Positions 9,239-20,280 are shown, numbered from the stretch's first letter. The stretch: DNA of 64,000 nucleotides from Patescibacteria group bacterium (GCA_018829965.1 JAHJTG010000016.1:29537-93536); one strand, 5' to 3'. Numbers and translations: made by a program. The notes: generated by a model not told the origin, from the letters alone.

Positions 9239-10366
9239 TCATAAAAATTTAAAAAAGTAAATTATTTCGTAAATTATTCCCATAATAAAAATGGAGATCA
9301 ATGGATAAGCTAGAAATCTTATTTTTCTTTTTTCAACCTTTCTATACATTAAAAGAATCAATATTCCTTCCGCAGCTAAAGCAACTGCACCAATAAACCC
9401 TATAACTCCGATAAAATCTTTAAAACCAACAACGTAAAGAATAAGCGGTATGAAGCAAGTTAACGCCCAAGAAATATTCTTTGGTATTTTAATATCATAC
9501 CATAAAACTTTCTTAAGATTTAATCCTATAGCGATAAAAGATGTAAAAGTGGCTAAAATCCCAGCGATAAACATAATATTAACAATTCCATTTCCCAAAA
9601 CATTTTTTAAACCAGAAATTGCCTCGTAAGACGTACTCGAGCCAGATATTGAGGTTATTAAAAGTATGAATAAAAAATAACACAAAGCCGGAATAATAGC
9701 GCTGGCAATAACTACTTTTTTTATCATTTTTTTATCTCTACCTAACATCTCTTCAATCTCAGGAATTAATGTAGCTCCCCATAAAGCAAATAATATCGGG
9801 CCGTAAGGCAAAAATAAATTACCTGAGCTTTTTACCTGAAATGGCAAGTTTTCTAATCTTATAAACCCGAGCCCGTTTTGAAAAACAATAAGCAACGAGA
9901 TAAAAAATAAAAGCATGCCCCAAAATTCAATCTTGGAAATTGCCTTTGTCCCCCAAAAGATAAAAAGGGCTCCTGTAAGAAAATATATAAAAGTGTAAAT
10001 AAAATTACTACCTCCAAAAATAGGCACTAATAAATTACTTAAAAAATCTCCGCCGATAATAATATAAGCTAAAATAGTACCGAATGACCCTAATATTATT
10101 ATTATCGTGGCTGCTATTCTCCCTGCTTTCCCTAAGTGAAATTGGCTATAGCCCGGCAGACGTAAAAAATCAGGAGTTTTTAAGGCAACTTCCGCGAAAA
10201 ACAAATGAATCAGAAGTACCAAAGCCGTCAAAACAACTAAATATCCCAACATCACCCAGAGCCCTACCTTTACAGTAATATACGGCAAAGAAAAAAGACC
10301 AACCCCGATAATGGTGCCCGATAAAGTAGCTACTGTTAAAATGTATTTTTTAAAAGACGAGGTCAT
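9239..10366 (-). CDS. amino acid permease (aromatic amino acid transporter family)
   Basis: GTIIGVGLFSLPY N-terminal motif, about 11 TM helices. Confidence 0.85.
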   Translation of the reverse strand: MTSSFKKYILTVATLSGTIIGVGLFSLPYITVKVGLWVMLGYLVVLTALVLLIHLFFAEVALKTPDFLRLPGYSQFHLGKAGRIAATIIIILGSFGTILAYIIIGGDFLSNLLVPIFGGSNFIYTFIYFLTGALFIFWGTKAISKIEFWGMLLFFISLLIVFQNGLGFIRLENLPFQVKSSGNLFLPYGPILFALWGATLIPEIEEMLGRDKKMIKKVVIASAIIPALCYFLFILLITSISGSSTSYEAISGLKNVLGNGIVNIMFIAGILATFTSFIAIGLNLKKVLWYDIKIPKNISWALTCFIPLILYVVGFKDFIGVIGFIGAVALAAEGILILLMYRKVEKRKIRFLAYPLISIFIMGIIYEIIYFFKFL

Positions 10367-10407
10367 AGTTTTATTCTATCAAAAAATCGCCTGATTGGCG
10401 ATTTAAT

Positions 10408-11760
10408 TTAGCGCTTTCTATAATCAAAACGGCTTGATGGCCTACGACCAGACGGCCTACTATTTCTATGTGAAAAATAACTGCCTCTATTAAAACCACT
10501 GGGAGCATTAGATTGTCCCGATTCTATCGAGTATCCTTGATGGTTCCGACTTTGTCGAGAATCCTCGACTTTGTCGGGACTTTGCCATCTGGACTGACTT
10601 GAATGAGCTGGAAGATCGGGTAATCTTGAAATAGGAAGATATAGTCTGGTTAATCTTTCAATTTCTCTAACTTTAGCCCCTTGATCTGGTAAAACAAAAG
10701 AAATAGCTTTACCTGACATACCGGCCCTGCCAGTTCTTCCGATACGATGGACATAGTCTTCTGGATTTTCAGGAAGGTCATAATTAATAACTAATTCAAT
10801 ACCTTTAACATCTATACCGCGTGAAGCAATATCAGTTGCCACAAGCACCCTATATCTACCTATCTTAAATCCCTCTAATGCTTCTTTTCTTTGTCGGAGT
10901 GATTTATTTGAATGTATTTCTGCCGCAGAAACTCCAATATTGCGTAAATCTTCACAAATTCTCCTTGCGTTAAATTTAATTCTTAAAAAGATTAAAACGC
11001 TTCCCTTATATTCTTTAATCAATTTTCTCAATAACGAAGGCTTTTGGTCTTTTCTAACAACAAACAATTCGTGCTCAATATTTTTAGCAGTAGTCCCGGT
11101 TTTAGCTATCTCTACCCTAACAGGAAGCTTCATGTGATTGCTGGCAATTTTTACAATGCCATCTGGCATTGTTGCCGAAAATAACATAGTTTGTCTATCT
11201 TTAGGTAATACTTGTAGTATTTTAGCTATCTGTGGAGCAAAACCCATATCAAACATTCTATCGGCTTCATCTAAAACTAAGACTGTAACATCGCGCAAAT
11301 TAAGAGTTCTCTGTTGAAGATGGTCATTAATCCTTCCTGGAGTACCAATAACAACATTAGGATTATTACGGATCGCTCTTATTTGATTATAAATAGGGGC
11401 TCCACCGATTAACACAACTGTTTTTATGCCAAATCCTCTCCCTATCTTTTCTATAGCCTCACTCACCTGTATAGCTAATTCACGGGTTGGTAATACGATT
11501 AATCCCCTTCCCTTACCAGCTTTTAAAAGCCGCTGGACTAAAGGAATACCAAAAGCTAAGGTCTTACCTGTGCCTGTTTGAGCTATACCAATAATATCTT
11601 TGCCTTCAATAGCTGCAGGAATTGCTTTGTGTTGTATTGAGGTTGGAACTTTAAAATCCATTCTTAAAAGTACATCAAGAATCTTTGGAGCTATCCCAAG
11701 ACCGCCAAAAGTCATTTCTGTTTCGCTTAATATATGTTTTTCTGTTTGTTTGTTTATCAT
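10408..11760 (-). CDS. DEAD-box RNA helicase (RhlE-like)
   Basis: AQTGTGKT, PTRELA, DEAD, SAT, HRIGRTGR. Confidence 0.96.
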   Translation of the reverse strand: MINKQTEKHILSETEMTFGGLGIAPKILDVLLRMDFKVPTSIQHKAIPAAIEGKDIIGIAQTGTGKTLAFGIPLVQRLLKAGKGRGLIVLPTRELAIQVSEAIEKIGRGFGIKTVVLIGGAPIYNQIRAIRNNPNVVIGTPGRINDHLQQRTLNLRDVTVLVLDEADRMFDMGFAPQIAKILQVLPKDRQTMLFSATMPDGIVKIASNHMKLPVRVEIAKTGTTAKNIEHELFVVRKDQKPSLLRKLIKEYKGSVLIFLRIKFNARRICEDLRNIGVSAAEIHSNKSLRQRKEALEGFKIGRYRVLVATDIASRGIDVKGIELVINYDLPENPEDYVHRIGRTGRAGMSGKAISFVLPDQGAKVREIERLTRLYLPISRLPDLPAHSSQSRWQSPDKVEDSRQSRNHQGYSIESGQSNAPSGFNRGSYFSHRNSRPSGRRPSSRFDYRKR

Positions 11761-11870
11761 TTAAAAAATATGTGGCTAAAGAGCCACACAACCACTATAC
11801 ATTAAATTATTAAAAATGTCAAAAAAAAGCCCTTGATGTTTCCATCTTGGGCTTTTTGTTTATATTCCTC

Positions 11871-12851
11871 TTACATTAAAGCAAGAGAATTTCTTCTTAG
11901 GTTTATTAAATTAAGCGCTTTTTTTTCTTTCGTCTTAATTTGCTTAACCGCCTTCACAGTGTCAGAAATAACCTTCATACTTTTACAACATTCTTCTGTT
12001 TGCTCACCAATTTTAACTAAATCTTTATATGAGAAAGCAGAAAGAAAATCATTTAATGAAATATCGGGAGCTTTAAGAAAAGCTGGCAGAGATTCTTTCA
12101 TTACCGTGAGTAAAGATATTAATGAACCTCTTCTTCTTTCGGGTCTACTAGCTATTCCTCCTACCTTTAACCCTGCCTCTGCTGCCTTAATTTCTACATA
12201 GTGCCTAGCCGTTTTCATACGCATCTTCTTCTCTGTCGTCTCTTTTGCTATTGCAAATTGTAAATCACCAGGTAAAGCTGTCAGCAAGATAGCAATTGCA
12301 AATTTAAGGCGCTCTTCAAACCTAACACTATAATCCATCATGGCGACAACTCTTGGGTCTAATTTTGTCAGGCTTAAGTGTTGATAAACCCAACAATTAG
12401 ATTTGGCAAACATAGCTGCAATTTGATTAACATTGTATTTACCTTTTGCATGAATCCGCCTTATAGCTAAAGCAACTTCGTATGGCGTATGTCCCTCTCT
12501 ACCAAAATTTGCAACAACTGATCTAATAAGACGTTCGTCTTCTTCCTCATTCGGAAGAACTATTGCCTGTATAACCTTACGACCAATCCATCTGCATGCT
12601 AGCCAACGGCGTTCACCATCATTAATTGAAAAGTATTCTGGATCCTTAGGATCTACCATTACCGAAATCGGCACTTTCTGGCCAACTTGGTTAATACTTT
12701 CACCTAAAGCCTGGATCGCCTTCTTATTAAAATGTTTTCTCGGTTGATCCGACCATGGCCTCACTTTTTCAACGAACAAAGTTCTTACTGAGCCTCTTTC
12801 TTGCCTTGCCTTTTCTACTGCCTCTTTCGTTAAAACGTTTCCATCAGACAT
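11871..12851 (-). CDS. ParB/RepB/Spo0J-family protein
   Basis: QPRKHF, DGERRWLA, ANFGRE, followed by an HTH-like segment. Confidence 0.8.
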   Translation of the reverse strand: MSDGNVLTKEAVEKARQERGSVRTLFVEKVRPWSDQPRKHFNKKAIQALGESINQVGQKVPISVMVDPKDPEYFSINDGERRWLACRWIGRKVIQAIVLPNEEEDERLIRSVVANFGREGHTPYEVALAIRRIHAKGKYNVNQIAAMFAKSNCWVYQHLSLTKLDPRVVAMMDYSVRFEERLKFAIAILLTALPGDLQFAIAKETTEKKMRMKTARHYVEIKAAEAGLKVGGIASRPERRRGSLISLLTVMKESLPAFLKAPDISLNDFLSAFSYKDLVKIGEQTEECCKSMKVISDTVKAVKQIKTKEKKALNLINLRRNSLALM

Positions 12852-12944
12852 ACATTCTCTCCTTATCTTTAAATTCCTACTGTTATTTATCTACAAACAA
12901 TTTCTTATATATTATACTCTAGATTAATTTTGTCAAACCCCACC

Positions 12945-14411
12945 TTATTTCTTACTCAACGCCCCTAAATCCAGAGTGAAATCCACTTTTATCTTCTCTA
13001 CAAAATTTTGAACGTGACTTACTAATATCATAACGCCGTCAAAATCATTAATTGCTTTTGCAATTACTGGGATATGGCGGAAATTAATATGGTTTGTAGG
13101 CTCATCTAGAATAAGCAAGCCTGGTTTCTCTAATGCTATTGCAGCAAAAGCAACTAATCCCTTCTGACCTTCAGAAAGCGACCCGACCTTAGCTCTCAAT
13201 ATCTCTGCGTCTAAAAGAAACCCGGCTGCGTGAGCTCTCAAACTTTGCTCTGTGCCATCACCTCCCATTGCTTTTATAAGAGTTTGATATACGGTTGCGT
13301 TAAAATCCAATGTTGAAAAATCTTGCCTATAGTATCCAATCTTAACTCCGGCTTTAACGTGCTCCCCCTTTGCATGGCCTGAAGCTAATTTTTCTAAAAG
13401 CGTAGTTTTACCAATTCCATTTGGCCCGACTAAAAGCAATCTTTCTTTTTTATTCAAGGTTACATTCACTTTTTTGCTTACAACTTTGTTCTTTACCGCG
13501 ACTGTGACAGAGTCTAATTGTAAAATCACACCTCCAATATCTTTTTGAGACGGGATGATAAAGTTTCTTATTGTTTTATCTTCTCTCCTTAGTTCTACAA
13601 CCTCACCTTCTAACTCCTCTATCTTTTTTTTCATCTTTGAAGAAACATCTCTTAAATGTCCCCCTTTTTGAGCAAAGAAGTTAGCTTGCTCTTTTCTGCG
13701 AGAAATATCTTTTTCTAATCTAATGTTTTTCATACGCTCTCTTTCTAAACGCATTCTAATTTCTTCAACAACGATAAAGTAATCGCCTGCATATTGCTCA
13801 ACCTTTTTTGAGAATATATCTAAGTATAGTACGCCTTGGGTAAAAGTATTTAAGAAATCTGCATCGTGGGAAATAACAATACAGGTTTTTGGATAATTAA
13901 TAATAAACTTTGTTAAATGGGCAATACCTGCTTTATCTAAATTATTTGTCGGCTCATCTAATAAAAGTAAATCCGGGTCCTGTATTAAAGCTGATGCCAA
14001 AAGAAGCCTTGCTTGCTGTCCTCCAGAAAGAGTTTTAATTACTCTATCGTGGGGAGAAGAAAGGTTTATTATCTCTAAAACATCATCAATTTTTTTATCA
14101 ATATTATATACTTTTTCTGTAAAACACTTTTCAAAAAACTCTTTTATGGTCAAGTCTAAATACTCGCGAGGAATTACTTGTTTAGCTGTAGCTATTGTTA
14201 AATCCTTACTCACATTAACCGAACCTGAATCAGGTTTTGATTCACCAGTTATTAATTGAAGGATCGTACTCTTCCCTGCGCCATTCTGTCCCATTAATGT
14301 AATCTTTGAACCTCTACGTACAGAAAAGCTAGCCTCATTTAAAATTGGCTGGTTTACTCCCCACTCAAAAGAAACATTACTAAATTTTACTATTATTTCA
14401 TCTGCTGACAT
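12945..14411 (-). CDS. ABC-F family ATPase
   Basis: Two ABC cassettes (GQNGAGKS/LSGGQ/DEPTN and GPNGIGKT/LSEGQ/DEPTN), no TM helices. Confidence 0.92.
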   Translation of the reverse strand: MSADEIIVKFSNVSFEWGVNQPILNEASFSVRRGSKITLMGQNGAGKSTILQLITGESKPDSGSVNVSKDLTIATAKQVIPREYLDLTIKEFFEKCFTEKVYNIDKKIDDVLEIINLSSPHDRVIKTLSGGQQARLLLASALIQDPDLLLLDEPTNNLDKAGIAHLTKFIINYPKTCIVISHDADFLNTFTQGVLYLDIFSKKVEQYAGDYFIVVEEIRMRLERERMKNIRLEKDISRRKEQANFFAQKGGHLRDVSSKMKKKIEELEGEVVELRREDKTIRNFIIPSQKDIGGVILQLDSVTVAVKNKVVSKKVNVTLNKKERLLLVGPNGIGKTTLLEKLASGHAKGEHVKAGVKIGYYRQDFSTLDFNATVYQTLIKAMGGDGTEQSLRAHAAGFLLDAEILRAKVGSLSEGQKGLVAFAAIALEKPGLLILDEPTNHINFRHIPVIAKAINDFDGVMILVSHVQNFVEKIKVDFTLDLGALSKK

Positions 14412-14497
14412 GAGACGTATATTATCTTATTTTTTAGTAAATATCCAATTTATTTAAAAAATCGCCGAAGTGGCGATTTTTTCACCTTTTTTATTAC

Positions 14498-15760
14498 CTA
14501 AATAAGCGAAATCTTTTTCAGTTCTTTTGCCATTCCCTTGGACGCCTCTCTTAGCTGTTTATCTACATTGAAAGCCTTCTCGTTTACATAAAAAGCCATA
14601 TCATTTATTGCTACAAGTTTTAACCCAGCTAAAGAACGTAGTCTAGATAAAGCCACATAACCCATTCCTTCAACAAAACACTTAGAAAGGTCTATTTCTG
14701 CGGCATCTAAGTTCATACCTTGGCTTTTATGCACTGTTATAGCCCAAGCCAACCGCAATGGCAATTGATTTATTCTTGCTATTATCTTCCCTTCTTCGTC
14801 AACCGTCCAGCCAGCTAGCTTTGCAGTAATTTTTCGGCCATAAATGGTTTCTACAATCGGCAAACCCTCAGTATCAAAATCAATCACCTTACCTTGTGTT
14901 CCGTTCACATAGCCAACTTCAAAATTGTTTTTCAAAAACATCACCCTTGCTCCTTTTTTTAAAACTAAGCGCTCTGGCGCCAAACAACTTTTCTTTAAAG
15001 CATTTATAACATCTCGTTTGCCGGTGGCGGTCATATGATAAATAAATTCCTCGCCAGTAATCTTTTCTAATTCAATGCTATTTACTGTGTCAACATCAAT
15101 ATTGTGGGTATATAATTTTGTAGGGATTTCTAAAAAGTTATCTTGTTGGGGTCTACCCATTAATATTTTTTTTGATTCTTCAACGCTATTATTTCTAATA
15201 TGGTTTAATAAATCAAACAAATTTTTATCTTTGTGCCTGTGCTGTTCTTCAAGATAACAAACTTTCATATCCATATTTTTCCACGCCTTTGATTCAACCA
15301 CAAACTTTACCTCGCCACTTTTACTTATCGGTGGAAGCTGGAAAAGATCGCCAGAACAAATAACCTGCATCCCCCCAAATGGCATAAAACTTACTTTAAA
15401 CTGCTGACAGGCACGGTCAACCGCATCAAACTGGGCAGCCGTAAGCATTGATATCTCGTCAATAATTAAAATCTTAGTATTCTTATAATGCTTTTTTAAA
15501 TAGGACTTTTTCATTAACTTCTGAATATCTTTTTTGGTAAGGGTTTCTTTTATCCCAAGCCCTGACCACGAATGCAAAGTTGTCCCATTCATATGAGTAG
15601 CGGCAATCCCAGTGCTGGCTGTAACTGCCACCGATTTATCATTCTCTTTTAAATAATCTATATATTTGTTTAATAAAAAAGTTTTCCCGCTTCCAGGCGG
15701 GCCGGTTAGGAATACGTTGTATCCCATTTTCATTATTTTTAACGCTTCTTCTTGGGTCAT
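14498..15760 (-). CDS. PIF1-family helicase
   Basis: GPPGSGKT, IIDEISM, GDLFQLPP, QLPLRLAWAITVHKSQG, YVALSR. Confidence 0.93.
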   Translation of the reverse strand: MTQEEALKIMKMGYNVFLTGPPGSGKTFLLNKYIDYLKENDKSVAVTASTGIAATHMNGTTLHSWSGLGIKETLTKKDIQKLMKKSYLKKHYKNTKILIIDEISMLTAAQFDAVDRACQQFKVSFMPFGGMQVICSGDLFQLPPISKSGEVKFVVESKAWKNMDMKVCYLEEQHRHKDKNLFDLLNHIRNNSVEESKKILMGRPQQDNFLEIPTKLYTHNIDVDTVNSIELEKITGEEFIYHMTATGKRDVINALKKSCLAPERLVLKKGARVMFLKNNFEVGYVNGTQGKVIDFDTEGLPIVETIYGRKITAKLAGWTVDEEGKIIARINQLPLRLAWAITVHKSQGMNLDAAEIDLSKCFVEGMGYVALSRLRSLAGLKLVAINDMAFYVNEKAFNVDKQLREASKGMAKELKKISLI

Positions 15761-15786
15761 TTTAAAGTTTGAATTATAAAATGGTT

Positions 15787-16626
15787 TTAAAGTAGATACA
15801 ATTCTTGGTTATATCCGCCGATACCAACAAACTCTGCCTCACCTTTCAAAATCTTTTCGTATGGCTGACACGAAAAACAACCTTGAGATCCACGAGGACA
15901 TTCAAAACGGCCAATCCCCCGAGCCTCTTTAACTTTTCTAGCAATAGTTAAAACTTTTTCCCGCGCGCTAGTAATTTCTGGTAAAGCAACGCTTGAAGGA
16001 GTATCTGCATTGTCTAAATACCAGTAAGCAGCACCAGAAACTTTTCTTTTTTGCAGAGCGTTTAGAAGTAAAATGTAAATTGGCAGTTGAAGGGAATCCT
16101 GCCCTTCTTCGTTCTTTCCAGTTTTAAAATCAATCACCCGAATACTATCGTCTGCCTCAATATATTCTAACCAATCAATCTTCCCGCATAAAATTATATT
16201 ATCTTCCTCTGATAAAAAGAAATTCGGCAACATCTCACTTTCTTCATTTTTCAGTTTTATTGTTTTCTTCAATAAAGGTCCTGGATTTTTTGCGACTCTC
16301 TCTATCATTTGCTTCGCACGCTCTTTTGCATCCGACTCTTCTTTTTCTGCTCTAAATCCGCCAATTTTTCCAGAAACTTTTTTCCAATTTTCTTCAAATG
16401 CTTCCAATAACGATTTTTTAAATCTATCTTCCACCTTATACTTCGTTAAACTCTCTAATGTTTCGTGCACAGCCGAGCCTAATGATAAAGCCGGACTTAC
16501 TAAGTTTATCTTTCTGTTGTCCTTACTTTTATATATATTATGCAAATAATATGCCCGAGGACATTTTAAAAAGTCGTTAATGGACGAATGCGACACCCAT
16601 GTTGAATTGTATTTATCTTTTGCCAT
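15787..16626 (-). CDS. PD-(D/E)XK nuclease (RecB/Cas4-like)
   Basis: SHSSINDFLKCP, GKIDWL, IDFKTG, QLPIY, C-terminal Cys residues. Confidence 0.88.
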   Translation of the reverse strand: MAKDKYNSTWVSHSSINDFLKCPRAYYLHNIYKSKDNRKINLVSPALSLGSAVHETLESLTKYKVEDRFKKSLLEAFEENWKKVSGKIGGFRAEKEESDAKERAKQMIERVAKNPGPLLKKTIKLKNEESEMLPNFFLSEEDNIILCGKIDWLEYIEADDSIRVIDFKTGKNEEGQDSLQLPIYILLLNALQKRKVSGAAYWYLDNADTPSSVALPEITSAREKVLTIARKVKEARGIGRFECPRGSQGCFSCQPYEKILKGEAEFVGIGGYNQELYLL

Positions 16627-16750
16627 ATTTATGAGCGAAGAAAGAATGAAAACTGAGGAAGGGAGAAAATAACAAAGTTATTTTCGACGACCGAAACTTT
16701 CATTCTGACTGAGCGATTAAATATATAGGCGATTTATCGCCTCTATAATT
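16627..16750. repeat. family C start-codon-proximal hairpin element
   Basis: ATGAGCGA(G/A)G...GAGCGATTAA..TATA; copies at 19748, 23280, 41189 and (inverted) 48695. Confidence 0.8.
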
Positions 16751-19747
16751 TTAAGTTTGTCTAAAATCGCAAATATCTCTGAAGTCGCAATACTCGCACT
16801 GCCAGCCCGGAGTTGGCTCAAACTTACTATCTTTTATTGCCTCAATTTCTGCGATTATCTTTTCTTTTCTATCCTGCTTTTCTTTATCTGAGCCTAGAAA
16901 TGATGCTTGGCTATTGTTATCTAGGTAGTAATAGGCTAATTCTTTTGGTTTAATATTTAAAACCTCTTCTGCTGCTATTTGATAGATTAATAACTGGGAT
17001 TTATCGTCAGCTTCTAGCTTTTCTTTCGGTTTACCAGTTTTGTAATCAATAATCTTTACTCCATTTTCAGAATCATCAATCCTATCTATCACTCCGTATA
17101 AATTATATCCCCCTACTTTTAAATTGAAAGGTAGCTCTAATGCCAACTCATTGTTAATTTTTAAAATCTTTGGAGGATTCTTTTTAAAATCTTCGTAAAA
17201 ATCCTTAATTATCCTTTTGCCTAGTTTATAATAATCATCTTTTTGTTTTTTTGATTCGTACCACTCGCCAATCCAATTTCGTTCATAAAGCTTTTCCAAT
17301 ATTTTAAATTCATCCCCTTTCCCACTCTTCTTCCCAGTTATTGGGACGTATGACGTCCCAATAACTTTTTTACTAGGGCCGAATAGAGATTCTTGATTTA
17401 CTTTACTGGCTTCGTTTACATTTTTTAAAAAATTGTAAAGAGTGGCGTGCATTGTTTTACCGAACGAAAACACCGCCTTGCCCCTAATAGGAATCTTTAG
17501 AATAAACCCAAACTTGTACTGCAACGGACATTTTTCAAAGGCAGCCAGTTGGGAGAAAGAAAAATGCTCTGGCAAATACTTATTCTCTAATGTCTTAGGC
17601 TTTCTTATCTCTACCTTATCGGCTAATAAGCCCTTCTTTTCTTTAACTGCATCCCCTTTTGATTCTTCGTATCCCATTTCAATTAAAAATCTGGAAAGCT
17701 TCTTTTTTCTTTGACCTCCGTAATCTTGGGCCGATGTGAAATATAATCCTTTTTTAGCTCTCGTCATTGCCACATAACAAATACGCCTTTCTTCTTGCAA
17801 ATGCACGTCGCCTGTTGGTTTAATATCCTTAATTAATTCATCTGGTAATTCAATCGGTTCTTTTCTTTCTATCACAGGGAAACGCCTATCAACCATGCTT
17901 ACCAGAAACACATACTTAAACTCCAAGCCCTTAGCCGCGTGTATTGTCATTATTTTAACCATATCAGGACCTTGTTCTGGGTCAAATTCAAGTTTTCCTT
18001 CTTCTCCTGATTCAAGTTCTAAAGTAAGCTCCTCCATAAAGTTTTTTAAAGCAGGAGCAATTGCTGACTCCTCAAAACTTTGAACCTTATCGTAAAATTG
18101 GTTTAACAGGTCTAACTTCTCTTTTTCGTCTCGATTAATTAAATACTTTAAGTATCCGGAATCATTCATAAACGCCACTAATATCTCAATAACCGTTTTG
18201 TCTTTAACTAAAATGCTGTGTTTTTTGATTATAGAAAGGATAAAGCTTATCTTTTCTTTAGTTTGGGCGCTTACTCCAGTAATCAGCGGGGCTTCTTGCA
18301 ATGCCTCAAAAAGTGATTTGGTTTTTTTATGACCATATTGAGTAATAGTAGCAATATCCTCATCTGATATTTCCAAAAACGGCAAACTCAAAATCCTATA
18401 AACCGCTGCGCATTCATGGTAGTTATCCAATAATTTAAAGTAAGAGATAATATCTAAAATGACTGGCTTTGAATAAAGTCCTCTTGAAGCTAAAAATTGG
18501 TATGGCATGCCCGCTCTTTCTAAGGCTCTGACAAAGGGAATCGCTGTATCGTTTGCTCTTACTAAAATAGCAAAGTCGCTATAACTTGAATCTTTATCTC
18601 TCTTTAAAATTTCAGCAATCTTTTTTATTGTTTTCCTTACTTCTTCGTCTAAGCTTTTGGCACTAATATGTTCTATCACTCCTTCCCCCTTGTTCTCTGC
18701 AATTAACTTTTTATCAATCTTGTTTACAAACTCCAATCTATCAGGGTCGTTTGCTTTAATAAAAACATACGCTTTGTCTAAAATGTTTTGCGTAGACCTA
18801 TAGTTATTTATTAAAGATATTTGTTTGGCTTTTGTCCCGATTTCATCGAGGATCCTCGACGGCGAAGCCGTCGGGAAAAAATCCTTAGCAAACTGCACAA
18901 TATTATTAAAAGAAGCGCCTCTCCATCTATAAATAGCTTGGTCGTCGTCGGCACAGACAGTTAAATTATTTCCCGGTTCGGCTAATATCTTTATTAACTC
19001 ATACTGGGCGTAGTTTGTGTCTTGGAACTCGTCAACTAAAATATATTTAAACTTTTCCCTATACTTTTTTAAAATCAACGGACGCTTTTTAAATAAAAGC
19101 AAACAATAGTTTATTAAATCACCAAAATCCAATACGTCGTTATCTAAAAGCATTTTTTGATAAATATAGTAGGCATTAGCAACTTCTTTTATTCTTTCTG
19201 TCTCTTGGACTTCCGGCAAATCGTCTAAGCTTGTTTTTAAGCTATCTGCATATTTTAAATAGTCTTCTGGGTAAATACCTTGGTCTTTGCAGTGGGAAAA
19301 ATGATAAATTAGGGATTGTATAAACTTCGTGGGGTTCCCCAATGATTTGTAATAATTCAATTCAAATTTATTTAAGTTTTGACGAGCTAACAGCCACCCG
19401 GCGGTTCCATCTAATATTTTAAAATCGGGAGGCAATCCAATATCTAAAGCATTTTCCTTTAAAACTCTTTCGCAGAAGGCGTGGAATGTAGAAATCCACA
19501 AATCCATATATCCAAAGTCCAAAAGCTGGTCTACTCTTTCTTCCATCTCCCCTGCTGCCTTTTCAGTAAAAGTAACTGCTAAAATCTCCTCTGGCTTTGC
19601 CAAGCCCTTTTCAATTAAATTAACTATTCGCTGAGTAATAACCGTGGTTTTACCAGTTCCCGCCCCAGCCACAATTAAAAGAGGCCCCTTACCATGGACC
19701 ACCGCTTCCTTTTGCTCTTTGTTTAGTTTTTCCAAATTTAACGCCAT
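16751..19747 (-). CDS. UvrD/PcrA-type helicase fused to a C-terminal PD-(D/E)XK nuclease (AddA/AdnA-like)
   Basis: AGAGTGKT, VDEFQDTN, MTIHAAKGLEF, YVAMTRAK; C-terminal SFSQL..CP, IDRID, IDYKTG, CEYCDFRDIC; start MALNLE. Confidence 0.92.
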   Translation of the reverse strand: MALNLEKLNKEQKEAVVHGKGPLLIVAGAGTGKTTVITQRIVNLIEKGLAKPEEILAVTFTEKAAGEMEERVDQLLDFGYMDLWISTFHAFCERVLKENALDIGLPPDFKILDGTAGWLLARQNLNKFELNYYKSLGNPTKFIQSLIYHFSHCKDQGIYPEDYLKYADSLKTSLDDLPEVQETERIKEVANAYYIYQKMLLDNDVLDFGDLINYCLLLFKKRPLILKKYREKFKYILVDEFQDTNYAQYELIKILAEPGNNLTVCADDDQAIYRWRGASFNNIVQFAKDFFPTASPSRILDEIGTKAKQISLINNYRSTQNILDKAYVFIKANDPDRLEFVNKIDKKLIAENKGEGVIEHISAKSLDEEVRKTIKKIAEILKRDKDSSYSDFAILVRANDTAIPFVRALERAGMPYQFLASRGLYSKPVILDIISYFKLLDNYHECAAVYRILSLPFLEISDEDIATITQYGHKKTKSLFEALQEAPLITGVSAQTKEKISFILSIIKKHSILVKDKTVIEILVAFMNDSGYLKYLINRDEKEKLDLLNQFYDKVQSFEESAIAPALKNFMEELTLELESGEEGKLEFDPEQGPDMVKIMTIHAAKGLEFKYVFLVSMVDRRFPVIERKEPIELPDELIKDIKPTGDVHLQEERRICYVAMTRAKKGLYFTSAQDYGGQRKKKLSRFLIEMGYEESKGDAVKEKKGLLADKVEIRKPKTLENKYLPEHFSFSQLAAFEKCPLQYKFGFILKIPIRGKAVFSFGKTMHATLYNFLKNVNEASKVNQESLFGPSKKVIGTSYVPITGKKSGKGDEFKILEKLYERNWIGEWYESKKQKDDYYKLGKRIIKDFYEDFKKNPPKILKINNELALELPFNLKVGGYNLYGVIDRIDDSENGVKIIDYKTGKPKEKLEADDKSQLLIYQIAAEEVLNIKPKELAYYYLDNNSQASFLGSDKEKQDRKEKIIAEIEAIKDSKFEPTPGWQCEYCDFRDICDFRQT

Positions 19748-19878
19748 AATTATGAGCGAGGAAGGAATGAAAATTGAGGAAGGAAAAAGTAAAAGTTTAC
19801 TTTTATTTTTGGCAACCGAAAATTTCATTCCGACCGAGCGATTAATTATATAGATAGCGAAGCTATCTCTATAATTTA
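19748..19878. repeat. family C start-codon-proximal hairpin element
   Basis: Same termini and nested hairpins as 16627-16750. Confidence 0.8.
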
Positions 19879-19974
19879 TTAAATCATTTTACCATAAATA
19901 TCACTCTCAAAACAAAAATCGCTCGGTCACCTGAGGCGATATAGGAGCGATTTTTTAATGCGTTATTTTCGATT

Positions 19975-20280
19975 CTAATCTAATTGAATTACGAGCAATC
20001 CTTTCTCCTTAATCACCCATTCTTGACCAAAATCGTTGAGATTGAATTTTAAGATATAACTTACTTTTTTCTCTATGCTTCTGCCCGTATATTCTTTTGT
20101 TTTCGGGTCATATTCTTCCAATAACAAAACATCGCCTTCTTTTACATCAAAATCGGCCAACCTTAATTAAAATTTCTTTTTACCCGAAACGATTAAGTTA
20201 AAATACTCCGGCCAAATTTTCTTGCGCCACGTAGTGGTCGCTTTCGGCGACCTACTACTGTGGTTTTTTATTATTGACAT
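19975..20280 (-). pseudogene. ASCH/DUF3850-like protein with premature TAA and an in-frame palindrome
   Basis: MSIIK[NHSSRSPKATTTWR]KKIWPEYFNLIVSGKKKF*LRLADFDVKEGDVLLLEEY...YTGR; TAA at 20167-20169. Confidence 0.75.

Noticed and set aside
19748..19828. N-terminal extensions in the ORF track for UvrD, the efflux adaptor and the Clp ATPase
   Set aside because: They run through a repeat element or an upstream gene; downstream ATGs fit better
20167..20169. Stop-codon reassignment suggested by the in-frame TAA in the ASCH gene
   Set aside because: TAA, TAG and TGA all end conserved genes normally here; a single nonsense change or base-call error is simpler
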